Assembly: GCA_023134715.1 (NCBI GenBank)
Contig: JAGLUP010000002.1
Coordinates: forward strand, 79,906-143,905
DNA from: Candidatus Parcubacteria bacterium
Lineage (GTDB): Bacteria > Patescibacteriota > Minisyncoccia > Minisyncoccales > JAGLUP01
Reading direction: 5' to 3'
Length of the DNA: 64,000 nt
Numbering within the stretch: position 1 is the stretch's first letter; the number at the start of each line of letters is the position of its first letter. The notes beneath the pieces were generated by a model. That model did not search any database. It was not told where the DNA came from and worked only from the letters and a program-made list of their open reading frames with translations. A program made the translations under genes and the position numbers. Positions 1 through 9,068 of this stretch are shown one piece after another.

Positions 1-195
1 TTATGAAGTTAAGTAAAATAATATGCCTTATTTTTTTACTTCGATAACTCAATTTATAATACGTAGAATCTATGGAATCAAAGAACCCAAAACTAATTGG
101 AAATATCTTCTGATTGTAATAGTTTTAGCCGCGATAGTCGGCCTAATATCCTTATTTTACAAATAAAATTAAAAAAAAGAAAATCAAATAAATCT

Positions 196-501
196 ATGAA
201 AGAAAAAATTAAAGAAATTTTTACTAAAGAGGTAGGAAAACCCAAGGAAGGGTATAGTGAAAAACAGCTTGAGCATTTTTCAAGGGTAGCTTTTCAAGGA
301 TCAATAATCGGATTTTTTTTAGCATGGATAGGATTTATTATTCAAATACTTGTTTTTACTTACGCAAACCGTGCTTTAAAAAGTTCTAACACAGATACGA
401 TAAAAAGAGCAAAGAGTGCAAAAAAAATTGCTGGTGTATATTTGTTATTTTTTGTATTAGTTAATATCTATCTATCTTTTCTTGTTTTATTCTCTAATTA
501 A
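196..501 (+). CDS. small membrane protein, unknown function
   Basis: ORF track 97..501; first ATG at 196 (MKEKIKEIF...); two hydrophobic helices (IIGFFLAWIGFIIQILVF, VYLLFFVLVNIYLSFLVLF). Confidence 0.4.
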   Translation: MKEKIKEIFTKEVGKPKEGYSEKQLEHFSRVAFQGSIIGFFLAWIGFIIQILVFTYANRALKSSNTDTIKRAKSAKKIAGVYLLFFVLVNIYLSFLVLFSN

Positions 502-521
502 CGAATCTAAATAAAAATTAG

Positions 522-593
522 AATCCAACGCTTAAGATTCTTAAGAAAATAGCAAAAGCGCTTGAGGTAAGTATTGACGATTTAATAAAATAA
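522..593 (+). pseudogene. C-terminal remnant of an XRE-type helix-turn-helix protein
   Basis: My translation of 522..593 is NPTLKILKKIAKALEVSIDDLIK*, the typical tail of an XRE/Cro HTH domain. It is preceded by an in-frame TAG (519..521) and has no start codon. Confidence 0.4.
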
Positions 594-598
594 TTTTT

Positions 599-1537
599 AT
601 GACTAAGCAAGTTGATATTTCAAAACAAAAAAAAGAGTTGCTTCAAAAGTTAAAAAGTCCCTCAATATCTGATGGCTATAAAAGATATTTAGGCACTCCT
701 TTGCGCTATGCGGGTGGAAAAACTTTGGCGGTCGGACATATTGTCAATTTACTGCCAGACAAAATAGGCAGAGTCGTGTCTCCTTTTCTCGGTGGGGCAT
801 CTGTCGAAATTGCATTATCAAAAGAACTCGGCATAAAAGTTATTGGATATGACATTTTTGATATTCTTATAAATTATTGGCACTATCAGATAACTAAGCC
901 GAAAGAGTTGGCAAAAAAACTAGAGAAATTTAAGCCAACCAAAGAAGAATATGCGAGGGTTAGGGAGATAATGAAAAAACACTGGAAAGGAATAAAAAAA
1001 CTAGAAGGGCTTGATTTAGCTGCTGTTTATTATTTTAATCATAATTATTCTTATGGCCCTCATTTTCTCGGCTCTCAATCAAGTGTTTATCTCCAACCAG
1101 AAAGACACAAAACAACAGTAGAAAAAGTAAAAAACTTCGATACAAAAAACCTAAAGGTTTTTTGTAATAGTTTTGAAAAAATAATTCCGAAATATAAAAA
1201 CGATTTTCTATATTGTGACCCGCCTTATTATCTTGATGGAGATAGTAAAATGTTTATCGGAATGTATCCTCACAGAAACTTCCCAATACACCACAAGGGT
1301 TTTAAGCACGACGAACTTAGAGATCTTCTAATGGCACACAAGGGCGGGTTTATTCTCTCCTACAATGATTGTTCCACAATTAGAGAGTGGTATAAGGGCT
1401 TCAATATGATAGCCCCGTCTTGGCAATATACCTTTAGTCAGGGTGATACACGAATCGGCAAAAATAGAAATGAGAGGAATAATGGCTCTCACATTAAAAA
1501 ATCACACGAAATAATAATATGGAAACTCCCAAAATAA
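599..1537 (+). CDS. Dam-family (D12 class) N6-adenine DNA methyltransferase
   Basis: N-terminal LRYAGGK motif, SAM-binding SPFLGGAS, catalytic LYCDPPYY; 312 aa. Confidence 0.85.
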   Translation: MTKQVDISKQKKELLQKLKSPSISDGYKRYLGTPLRYAGGKTLAVGHIVNLLPDKIGRVVSPFLGGASVEIALSKELGIKVIGYDIFDILINYWHYQITKPKELAKKLEKFKPTKEEYARVREIMKKHWKGIKKLEGLDLAAVYYFNHNYSYGPHFLGSQSSVYLQPERHKTTVEKVKNFDTKNLKVFCNSFEKIIPKYKNDFLYCDPPYYLDGDSKMFIGMYPHRNFPIHHKGFKHDELRDLLMAHKGGFILSYNDCSTIREWYKGFNMIAPSWQYTFSQGDTRIGKNRNERNNGSHIKKSHEIIIWKLPK

Positions 1538-2304
1538 GAAAAACAAGAGCTTCTTCGTCAGACGAAGCAAGACGATATCGACAACAGGGGCATGACGATG
1601 CACTATTATTTGCGCTTGCCATAGGTCTAAATGAAGATTATAAAAATGACGCAAAGGCGAAAAAAGATGTGATTGATCCGTCTGGTGATTCCCATTCGGT
1701 AAAGAGTGGAGAGAAAAAATGGCAAATATTCTTATACGGTTTAACTCGTTTTGAAAACGATGCCTTTTTTCGTGTAATGAACGGAATAGGACAACTTTTG
1801 AGTAACTGCATCAAGTCTTTTCCAGAAACATATCAGGAATATGAACAAAATAAGGCAGAGGCAAAAGAGAAGTTACGCCCACATATGGTTGCACTTGCCG
1901 ATAAATTGCAAGATAAGCACAGGTTGAGAGCTTTCATTGGCAAATCAATGTTCAATGGTGGAGAAGTAAATTATTTAACTGTATATCAAGACAATAAATT
2001 TCATATTTTTTGGGGAAAGGAAGTAGAGCAAATAATGGCAGGCAATCTTGAAGTCGCTAATTCACAAGCAAGACAAGCTGGTCAATTTCCTGAACAAAAA
2101 GTTATATTTAGATTCGAAGGTACAAATCTTGCTGAACTTGAAATGCGGAACGATAGCCCTACGCACTATAGAGAAATAAGGTTTAATATGTATAAACCAA
2201 AAGCCATGAAATTACTTTTTTCAAAAATTACATTCAAACAAAATTATAATGAAAAAGTAATTTTGTATGGAGAAGCTACGAGGCATTTTGGTCGCTGGAC
2301 TTAG
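1519..2304 (+). CDS. putative cognate type II restriction endonuclease (family not recognised)
   Basis: Overlaps the methylase 3' end by 19 nt. Possible PD-(D/E)xK-like stretch IDPSGDSHSVKSGEKKW. The call rests on position only. Confidence 0.4.
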   Translation: METPKIRKTRASSSDEARRYRQQGHDDALLFALAIGLNEDYKNDAKAKKDVIDPSGDSHSVKSGEKKWQIFLYGLTRFENDAFFRVMNGIGQLLSNCIKSFPETYQEYEQNKAEAKEKLRPHMVALADKLQDKHRLRAFIGKSMFNGGEVNYLTVYQDNKFHIFWGKEVEQIMAGNLEVANSQARQAGQFPEQKVIFRFEGTNLAELEMRNDSPTHYREIRFNMYKPKAMKLLFSKITFKQNYNEKVILYGEATRHFGRWT

Positions 2305-2614
2305 ATACAGAAAAAATCCGAAAGGATATTTTGGAAAACCGAATTTGGTTTTGAAAAAGTATAAAACAGTTATTTTCATTGATTCTTGTTTTTGGCATAG
2401 CTGTAAAAAACATTGTCGTTTACCGGCGATAAGAAGAAAATATTGGACCGAAAAAATAGAAAGAAACAAAAAGCGAGACAAAGAGGTTAATCGTTATTAT
2501 AAAAAAATCGGCTGGAAAATTATCAGAGTTTGGGAACATGATTTGCAGAAAAATTACAGGAATACATTAAAGAGCAAAATAAAAAAGGTAAAAAACTTTT
2601 CGGTAGTATTGTAA
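2267..2614 (+). CDS. vsr: Vsr-like very-short-patch-repair endonuclease, N-terminally short and possibly degenerate
   Basis: LRGILVAGLRYR...GKPNLVLKKYKTVIFIDSCFWHSC...YWTEKIERNKKRD...GWKIIRVWEHDL matches the Vsr core. A stop lies 2 codons upstream of the ATG, and the ORF overlaps the preceding ORF by 38 nt. Confidence 0.7.
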   Translation: MEKLRGILVAGLRYRKNPKGYFGKPNLVLKKYKTVIFIDSCFWHSCKKHCRLPAIRRKYWTEKIERNKKRDKEVNRYYKKIGWKIIRVWEHDLQKNYRNTLKSKIKKVKNFSVVL

Positions 2615-2844
2615 TAGAAAAAACAACAGGTGGATGATAAATCAAAATGTGAAATACGACTGGACCAAATGTGCAAAAAACGATTGGAGCGACTAGGATA
2701 AATTACTTATTTAGAAAGTTTTTACTATAGAATTATGAACACCTACAAAATGCTTTATATAAAACAAGAGGATTGGGAAGCCCAACAACAAAAGCCGAGA
2801 AACTTTCGGAAAGTCATTAGAACGTTCAGTAAAGAATAAACCTT

Positions 2845-5800
2845 ATGAGTATTCCATCCCCAAAAGATTTTATGAAAAAAAGAAAACCTTACAGGTTTTC
2901 TGATTCAAAAATTGTAACGGAAAGTAAGTTAAATCGTACCATTCTTGAATATCAGTTAGATACCTTGGGAAGCAAAAAACAGGAGCAAGACTTTGAAGAG
3001 TTTGCAAGGAAACTTTGCCAATATGAAATTTGCCCTAACCTTCGACCTCAAACAGGCTCTACTGGTGGAGGCGATAGTAAGGTAGATTCAGCAACCATTC
3101 CCGTTGCTTCCCAAATACGGCTTTCTTTTTTTCAGGGACAAGATAACCAAAACAAAGAAGAATTTGCTTTTGCTTTTAGTACTCAAAAAGATTGGTCTGG
3201 TAAAGTTAGAAGCGATACTGAAGAAATACATAAAACTGGAAGAACCTACGCAAAAGTCTTTTGTGTTACAAGTAAATTTGCGCGAGATAAAACAAGGGCA
3301 ACTTTAGAAGATGGGCTATCTAAGAAACATAGTTTCCAAGTCGTTATTCTCGATAGAAATTGGATTCTCGATAAGGTATTCGCAAACAAAAGGCAAAAAC
3401 TTGCTATAGAAGAATTAAAACTTGGAGATGGACTTGAAGAGAAAAAAGAAGTTGGTCCTTTGGATCACCAACGGAAAAAACAATTTGATGAGTTGAATAC
3501 ATCCATTATAGAGGATGTTAGTAAAAATCACGTCACTATAAAAACTGTAGATAATAGTCTAGATGTGGCACTGCTAGCTGCAGAACTTGAGGAGCCAAGG
3601 CAAGATGTTGAGGGTTTATTTGAGCGTGCAATTAGGTTCGCTAAGGAGCACGGGACTGCTAACCAATACTTTACTGCTTTATATCAAAGAACGTGGACTA
3701 CTTTTTTTTGGTTTGAGGATTTTGCAATTTTTTTAAAACTTTATAATGAGGTTGAAAACCTAGCGCTTGCTTCCAAGAATATATTTTCTACTGAACGTTT
3801 AAATAATTTATGGGGTCTTCTCTCTACACTAGCTTTAACATCAGATTTGGTCTCGGACAAACTTCTTAAAGAAAAGACAAAGAGTCTTCAGGACAAACTC
3901 AATTCTCATAAAAATAACGAAGCAAATCTAAGTGCTTCAGTACATGCCGAGGCGATGCTGTGCTTCACAAATCTTTTGCAACATAGGGGTGACCCGACCG
4001 AAGTAGCAAAGACCTTTCGGCAACTCAAGGCTGTAATAGATAAGGCAAGTAATCTTATTGGTTTTCCATTTGAGATAACTTTCCAACTCTTAAACGAGAT
4101 GGATGATGTGTTTAGTGGCGAAAGTGCCTACGAGGAACTACAAGAGCATTTGGTTGAGGTGGTTACAGAAAGAGAGGGAGATCTGTCGGCTGGCGAGTTA
4201 CTTCTCAATCGTGGGATACAGCATCTTAAAGGGAAGCGAATATATAAAGCAATTGATTTTTTAGGGAGAGCCTTGAGACGTTTCTATAAAAAAGAAAGTA
4301 AGGATCAGCTCGTTCATGCCCTTTTCTTTCTCTCAATAGCCTACGAAGATGCTGGACTTCTCTGGGCGACTCGCGGTGTATTATTAAACGCCGCATCTCA
4401 TGCAACCAGTGATTTTTGGTTATACAGCAAAATAAATACGATGCAGCTCTCTTGCTATAAAAGGCTAAAAACTATTGAGCTTCTGTTGGGGCGAATAGGC
4501 TATGCATTGGAATGGCATCAATTACACCTTATTCTCGCCTCTCAACTCATAAAAACCGATGAAGAAAGGAATAAGCTCTTAGAAAAAAACCTCTACTTCG
4601 GTTCATTGATGGGATTGCTTTTAATTAAAACTCCTGACAGGGAACTGAAAATGTTAGAGAAACTGCCCGATACTCTAATGGAAATGGATTTAGACTTTAC
4701 TGCATTTGGTTTAATTTATCGTCTTGGCGGCAAGGACTTACTACCCCCGTCATTTTTAGACAAAATGAAATCTGAAGAAGTTGAGGACTTTTTCAATTCA
4801 TATCTTGCGCAACCTGCACAAGAATCTCTGCCAGACGTACCTGCATACTACGTTGAAGATACCGTTGAATTAAAGTCTAGAATTCTTGGATGCGAATATA
4901 TTGTAAAAGTGCCGAATAGTAGTCCCGAAATAGAAATTGGTGAGTATATACTCGCAGCTCTTGAAAGCTTTTTGTCTACGGCAATAGATATGAAAGCAGC
5001 TTCTAGAGACAGCAGTGTGATTGTTGCAATCTCACGAGATTCTGCACAAGGAGAAGAATTAAAATATGAGATAAAAAAGGACGGTAAATTTGGCATAGCA
5101 ATAACTTGCGGTTCTTTTAACCCACACTCTCTCTTAAAGGAAAGTCAGGAAAAGATTTCTAAGAGTATTTCAGAGATTGTTTTACAATTAGTTGGGAATA
5201 CGATTATCTTTAATGACTCTGAAACTGATTTGCTCAAGCTTTTTAAAGATGAAGAGGTTAGTTCGAGGGCTTTTAGTTTCTCTACACCAATGGTCACGCT
5301 AGGCAATGTCCTTGGGTACAATCCAAAAAGGTCAATTACTGAATGGATTAAACCTAAAGCGAAGTCCTATCCCTATATTCCGGAGAAGAGTGGGAGGCCA
5401 GTTAAAAATAAAGAATTCAAAAAGGAAGATACTGCTAAATCATCGGATATACCTATACGTCACGATGAAATAAAAAATGTTTCTATAATACGGCAACATC
5501 TTTGGGATAAGGCAGGTTGGAGCGGTGTACTTTATATAACTGTACCCGCTCATCTGCCTGTAATGGCTTTCCTGTTTAAAAATGAAGAAAAAGCAAGAGC
5601 TATATTCAAAGATTGGAAGGAAACATTTGGCGATGAAGATAAAGACGAAACAATAAGAATTTCTATGGTGAGAGGGGTTTCAGAAAAAGATCCTGCTTGG
5701 TATAGAGCTGTTGTTACAACAAACATCGACCTTGCCACGAAAAACCCAGAACATAATCGTCTTATAATTGTCTCAAGAATACACACTCTTACTCCAGATA

Positions 5801-6075
5801 CTACAGTAAACCTCGACAGATTTTCTGAAAGTTTCAAAAAGTTTGGTATTTACCTGTTAGCCCCAGCAATTATTGACGATACTAAGTCGTATCCGAGAGT
5901 TCTTACTGATATAGGAATTGTAAAAAGGAATTTTAATGATAGGCAGGCTTGGGAAATCGGTCCAAATGATTTAGACATATCGAGCATCAACGATGAGACT
6001 AAACCTATAATTCCTAAAGATATGAAAAACGCGCCGTTGCTTGAGCTCTTTAAGCAAAAAGATAAACTGAAATAA
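2845..6075 (+). CDS. 1076-aa orphan protein: possible N-terminal nuclease-like head, helical-repeat middle, unknown C-terminal domain
   Basis: Long uninterrupted ORF. N-terminal FEEFARKLCQYEICPNLRPQTGSTGGGDSKVD followed by AFAFSTQKDW resembles Mrr-type heads (weak). No Walker A motif seen. Confidence 0.6.
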   Translation: MSIPSPKDFMKKRKPYRFSDSKIVTESKLNRTILEYQLDTLGSKKQEQDFEEFARKLCQYEICPNLRPQTGSTGGGDSKVDSATIPVASQIRLSFFQGQDNQNKEEFAFAFSTQKDWSGKVRSDTEEIHKTGRTYAKVFCVTSKFARDKTRATLEDGLSKKHSFQVVILDRNWILDKVFANKRQKLAIEELKLGDGLEEKKEVGPLDHQRKKQFDELNTSIIEDVSKNHVTIKTVDNSLDVALLAAELEEPRQDVEGLFERAIRFAKEHGTANQYFTALYQRTWTTFFWFEDFAIFLKLYNEVENLALASKNIFSTERLNNLWGLLSTLALTSDLVSDKLLKEKTKSLQDKLNSHKNNEANLSASVHAEAMLCFTNLLQHRGDPTEVAKTFRQLKAVIDKASNLIGFPFEITFQLLNEMDDVFSGESAYEELQEHLVEVVTEREGDLSAGELLLNRGIQHLKGKRIYKAIDFLGRALRRFYKKESKDQLVHALFFLSIAYEDAGLLWATRGVLLNAASHATSDFWLYSKINTMQLSCYKRLKTIELLLGRIGYALEWHQLHLILASQLIKTDEERNKLLEKNLYFGSLMGLLLIKTPDRELKMLEKLPDTLMEMDLDFTAFGLIYRLGGKDLLPPSFLDKMKSEEVEDFFNSYLAQPAQESLPDVPAYYVEDTVELKSRILGCEYIVKVPNSSPEIEIGEYILAALESFLSTAIDMKAASRDSSVIVAISRDSAQGEELKYEIKKDGKFGIAITCGSFNPHSLLKESQEKISKSISEIVLQLVGNTIIFNDSETDLLKLFKDEEVSSRAFSFSTPMVTLGNVLGYNPKRSITEWIKPKAKSYPYIPEKSGRPVKNKEFKKEDTAKSSDIPIRHDEIKNVSIIRQHLWDKAGWSGVLYITVPAHLPVMAFLFKNEEKARAIFKDWKETFGDEDKDETIRISMVRGVSEKDPAWYRAVVTTNIDLATKNPEHNRLIIVSRIHTLTPDTTVNLDRFSESFKKFGIYLLAPAIIDDTKSYPRVLTDIGIVKRNFNDRQAWEIGPNDLDISSINDETKPIIPKDMKNAPLLELFKQKDKLK

Positions 6076-6099
6076 TTTTGGACGTAGGAAATTAGGGAG

Positions 6100-6131
6100 T
6101 TTGCCGATCTCTGAAATCGGCAAAAGTTTTT
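6100..6131 (+). terminator. intrinsic terminator of the 1076-aa gene
   Basis: TTTGCCGAT-ctctgaa-ATCGGCAAA followed by AGTTTTT. Confidence 0.65.
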
Positions 6132-6149
6132 AATTGCGAATATAAAACA

Positions 6150-6349
6150 GCCTGCCGCAAAAAATCGGGTAAAGCACGAAAGCTTAGCAGGCAAAAGGAA
6201 GGGGGTCCCGCCTACGCTAAAGCTTCGGACGGGCAGGATGGGGGATCCCGCCACGGCGGGATTGCCTACTAAGCTGTCCCGCGAAGCGGGACTAGCGTTT
6301 CCGCTTTCCTGCGATAGCCCCAGTAGCAGAGCGAAGCTTGCTACGGGGC
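6150..6349. repeat. cluster of GC-rich hairpins in AT-rich intergenic DNA
   Basis: GCCTGC(6150-55)/GCAGGC(6187-92); ATCCCGC-CACG-GCGGGAT (6245-62); GTCCCGC-GAA-GCGGGAC (6276-92); GCCCCAGTAGCA...TGCTACGGGGC (6317-49). Confidence 0.7.
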
Positions 6350-6352
6350 GAG

Positions 6353-6764
6353 CAGGAACACAAAACAGAAAAAATTTTCTTTTCATTAAATTAAAAATTA
6401 AAAAATTGCTGGCGAGAAAATAAAATGTGGAAAATTTTTCTGTTTTGTTTCCCGCCGTAGCGGAGCGGAGGCGGTTGCGGAAATGCTTGCCCGAGCGGAG
6501 TCCCCGATTTATCGGGGACGGAGCGAGGATAAAATACCAATCAAAATTCCGCGTCCGGATTTTCGCGAAAAAAAGTTCGGATTTCATTCAAAAGTCCCAG
6601 CATTAAAGGATAACTTAAAAAAATCGCCAAGAAGGCGGTTTTTAAATTTATTATTTTCTCGCCAGTAATTTTTTAATTTTTAATTGGATAACCAGTCGCT
6701 TCGCTCCTTGTAATTGCTTCGCAATTAAGAATAAAAAGAAAATTTTTTCTGTTTTGTGTTCCTG
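6353..6764. repeat. composite inverted-repeat (MITE-like) element carrying GC-rich hairpins and an internal terminator
   Basis: 6353-6379 is the reverse complement of 6738-6764. 6391-6423 is the reverse complement of 6651-6683 (1 mismatch). A further inverted copy of the 25-nt core lies at 6429-6453. Internal hairpins: CCGCC/GGCGG 6452-74 and GTCCCCGAT..ATCGGGGAC 6500-19. CGCC-aagaa-GGCG+T5 at 6624-43. Confidence 0.6.
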
Positions 6765-6860
6765 TCCCAAAATCTGCTTCGCAGGGCAGTCGGGCAAAAA
6801 TTCCTTCTCCTAGATATCTTTTCTTTTAATAGGAATAAATTTTTTCTGGATTTGACAAAA

Positions 6861-6896
6861 CCGAAGCACATAAAGATTATATGCTTCGGTTTTTTT
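6861..6896. terminator. bidirectional hairpin terminator (serves the - strand Kazal-repeat gene)
   Basis: CCGAAGCA-14 nt-TGCTTCGG with T7 on the + strand and T4 on the - strand. Confidence 0.55.
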
Positions 6897-7015
6897 AGAG
6901 CCGATCATAGCACTTTTACTCTATCTTATGGCAACTATTAGCAACCATTAGATCAATGCATCTATGCAACAATAGAAATTTTCGTGGCTTCCTAAAAACT
7001 TTCTGTCCTAAAATG

Positions 7016-8854
7016 CTACCAAGCCAAGAAATTCCACCAAGGTTTTTTAACAGCCAAAACCTTGCCAGTTTCAGCATCAATCTTAGATTCAACTTTCATA
7101 GAAACAGGTATCAAGAAAAACAATTTTGCTTTTTTTGTCCCTTGGATTAAATAAATCGGTTTTTTTGCTTCTTCTTTGATCTCAATTTCTTTAATTGCTT
7201 TTTGGTCGGGAGTGCCCGAAACTGCCACTGCATCTGCTGGGGAAATATTAATTGGCTTTTTGCCATCAGAGGTTTTCATTAACAATTTAGATTCCTCGAT
7301 GACTAATTCTTGAGAACATTTCACTTGAACTGAAATATTAGGTGTTTCTAATATCACTCTCCCTCCTCCAGTATGAAGAACAACATCTTGGGATTGAAAT
7401 TCACCAGCTCTGAAAAACTCAATCTTACCAGTTGAGGTATCGTAGGCAATCCCTCCTTTTTTGTCGTCTTCTTCCTCGGACTTAGCGCTACAGATGACTT
7501 GGCCAGGATATGAAGCAGTTACTTCACATTCAGCGCCTTCGGGACATTCATAATAACTGCAGGGATTTTTCTTAGCGCATCTAAGTCCCAAACCGGGAAA
7601 TCTGTAACAGTTCAAATCCATGTTTTTAGGGCAAGGATTTAACGCATCACAAGTAATATTAGTTATATCAACGCCCCACTTACATTCGCCATCATATTTT
7701 TTAACTGCATCAGCTTCCATTAAAAAACAATTATTCATGTAAGTAATTCCATCACAGCCACAAACAGGTTTATAATAATCTGGACAAGGGCTTTGCCTTA
7801 CTTCGCAAGTTCCACTGATACCCTCGCAACATCCTTTAGAAGCAATTGCGTCCTCACACTTTTCATGCAGAAAACAATCATATTCAACATAATCTGTTGA
7901 TCCACATTCATTATCAGATAAACACTCCTTTCTGCAAACTATCTGCATTGGAAATGTGAGCTGAACCAAACCTTCAAATCCCTCTGGGCAAGGATAGTAA
8001 CTAAATGGGTTATCTGCCGCACACTTTGTACCAATTCCTGGAAATTCATAACAGCCTCCAATAAATGCGCACGTTGATTTTCCATAATCACTGATATCAC
8101 AGCTTACATTTGATATTTCTTTAATACACGGTCCATCATAATTCTTGAAAACTCGGTTTCTCTTTCTAAGGCAGTCATTATCATAGGTCACACTATCGCA
8201 TCCACAAACAGGTGAAATAATAGAAGAACAGATTGTCGGAATCTCTGTACATGTTCCAGCTTCAAGATCGCAAGGAAAATAATCACAGAATTCGCTATCT
8301 GCGCAATCATTGTCTAAACGGCAGTTCCCCGCACATACTACTTCTTTTGGAATCGTGAAAAAACCTTCTTTGACAATACAGGCAGAATTTTCAGATATTA
8401 TCGAACAATTAAAGTAATTGCAGGGATCTGATTCAGCGCATCTCGTGCCAATATTCGGAAACTTAATACATTCCAAGTCGCCAGGACAACTTGCTTGAGG
8501 GTCACAATAATGGCTAGATATTTGTTCAATACATTCTCCTCTGTAGTTCCCTGAAATTCCTGAAGCTTGTCTGTGGCAATCACTTTGGTAAACTTGTCCA
8601 TCGCATCCACATACAGGCCCGACAATTTCACATTGACTAGAATCAGGCTTTCTTACGCATATACCCTCATCTTCATTACAATTTTGGAATTCACAGAATT
8701 CTGTTATATCACAATCAGAATCTAAATAACATTGGGTTGATGCTTTAGTAAAGAAAATGCCAATAAAAGAAAAAAGCACTAAAAGAAAAACTAATAGTCC
8801 TAAAAGAAAGATATTTTTTGTTTTTAGCACAATGGCTAAATTTTTTATATTCAT
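7016..8854 (-). CDS. secreted/anchored Cys-rich protein with three Kazal-like modules
   Basis: N-terminal hydrophobic anchor LLGLLVFLLVLFSFIGIFF. Three PVCGCDGxxYxxxC motifs (CGCDGQVYQSDC, CGCDSVTYDNDC, CGCDGITYMNNC), each inside a repeated ~130-aa Cys-rich unit. Confidence 0.7.
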   Translation of the reverse strand: MNIKNLAIVLKTKNIFLLGLLVFLLVLFSFIGIFFTKASTQCYLDSDCDITEFCEFQNCNEDEGICVRKPDSSQCEIVGPVCGCDGQVYQSDCHRQASGISGNYRGECIEQISSHYCDPQASCPGDLECIKFPNIGTRCAESDPCNYFNCSIISENSACIVKEGFFTIPKEVVCAGNCRLDNDCADSEFCDYFPCDLEAGTCTEIPTICSSIISPVCGCDSVTYDNDCLRKRNRVFKNYDGPCIKEISNVSCDISDYGKSTCAFIGGCYEFPGIGTKCAADNPFSYYPCPEGFEGLVQLTFPMQIVCRKECLSDNECGSTDYVEYDCFLHEKCEDAIASKGCCEGISGTCEVRQSPCPDYYKPVCGCDGITYMNNCFLMEADAVKKYDGECKWGVDITNITCDALNPCPKNMDLNCYRFPGLGLRCAKKNPCSYYECPEGAECEVTASYPGQVICSAKSEEEDDKKGGIAYDTSTGKIEFFRAGEFQSQDVVLHTGGGRVILETPNISVQVKCSQELVIEESKLLMKTSDGKKPINISPADAVAVSGTPDQKAIKEIEIKEEAKKPIYLIQGTKKAKLFFLIPVSMKVESKIDAETGKVLAVKKPWWNFLAW

Positions 8855-9068
8855 TTATTTAATCTTTGCGCTTAATTCTAATCTTTATTTCGACCTTTAT
8901 CTCATTATATAAAAATTCTACTTTAATTTCAACTCTATTACTTAATGTCTTCACTACCTTAAACAGATAGATATACTTTTCTGCCAGTCTGTCCGAAAGA
9001 TGGAAGCGAAATAGGAAGGAAATGGCTTGGAAAAGAAAAAAATTGCGTTTGCAATTTTTTGTCAAATC

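Noticed and set aside
6150-6350. tRNA or other classical RNA gene in the GC-rich patches (also 28105-28185)
   Set aside because: I could not fold any segment into a cloverleaf, and no GTTCRANYC-type T-loop is present. The hairpins are independent and tandem.
5850-6587. 245-aa - strand ORF, plus + strand ORFs 6238..6423 and 6483..6668
   Set aside because: They run through the GC-rich hairpin and inverted-repeat field and overlap the 3' end of the 1076-aa gene. Their composition is Arg/Ala/Gly/Ser-rich and low-complexity, with no start context. They are best explained as artefacts of locally high GC.
6100-6900. Possible CRISPR array
   Set aside because: The repeats are short hairpins of differing sequence with irregular spacing, and the long repeats are inverted rather than direct. 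There are no cas genes in the window.
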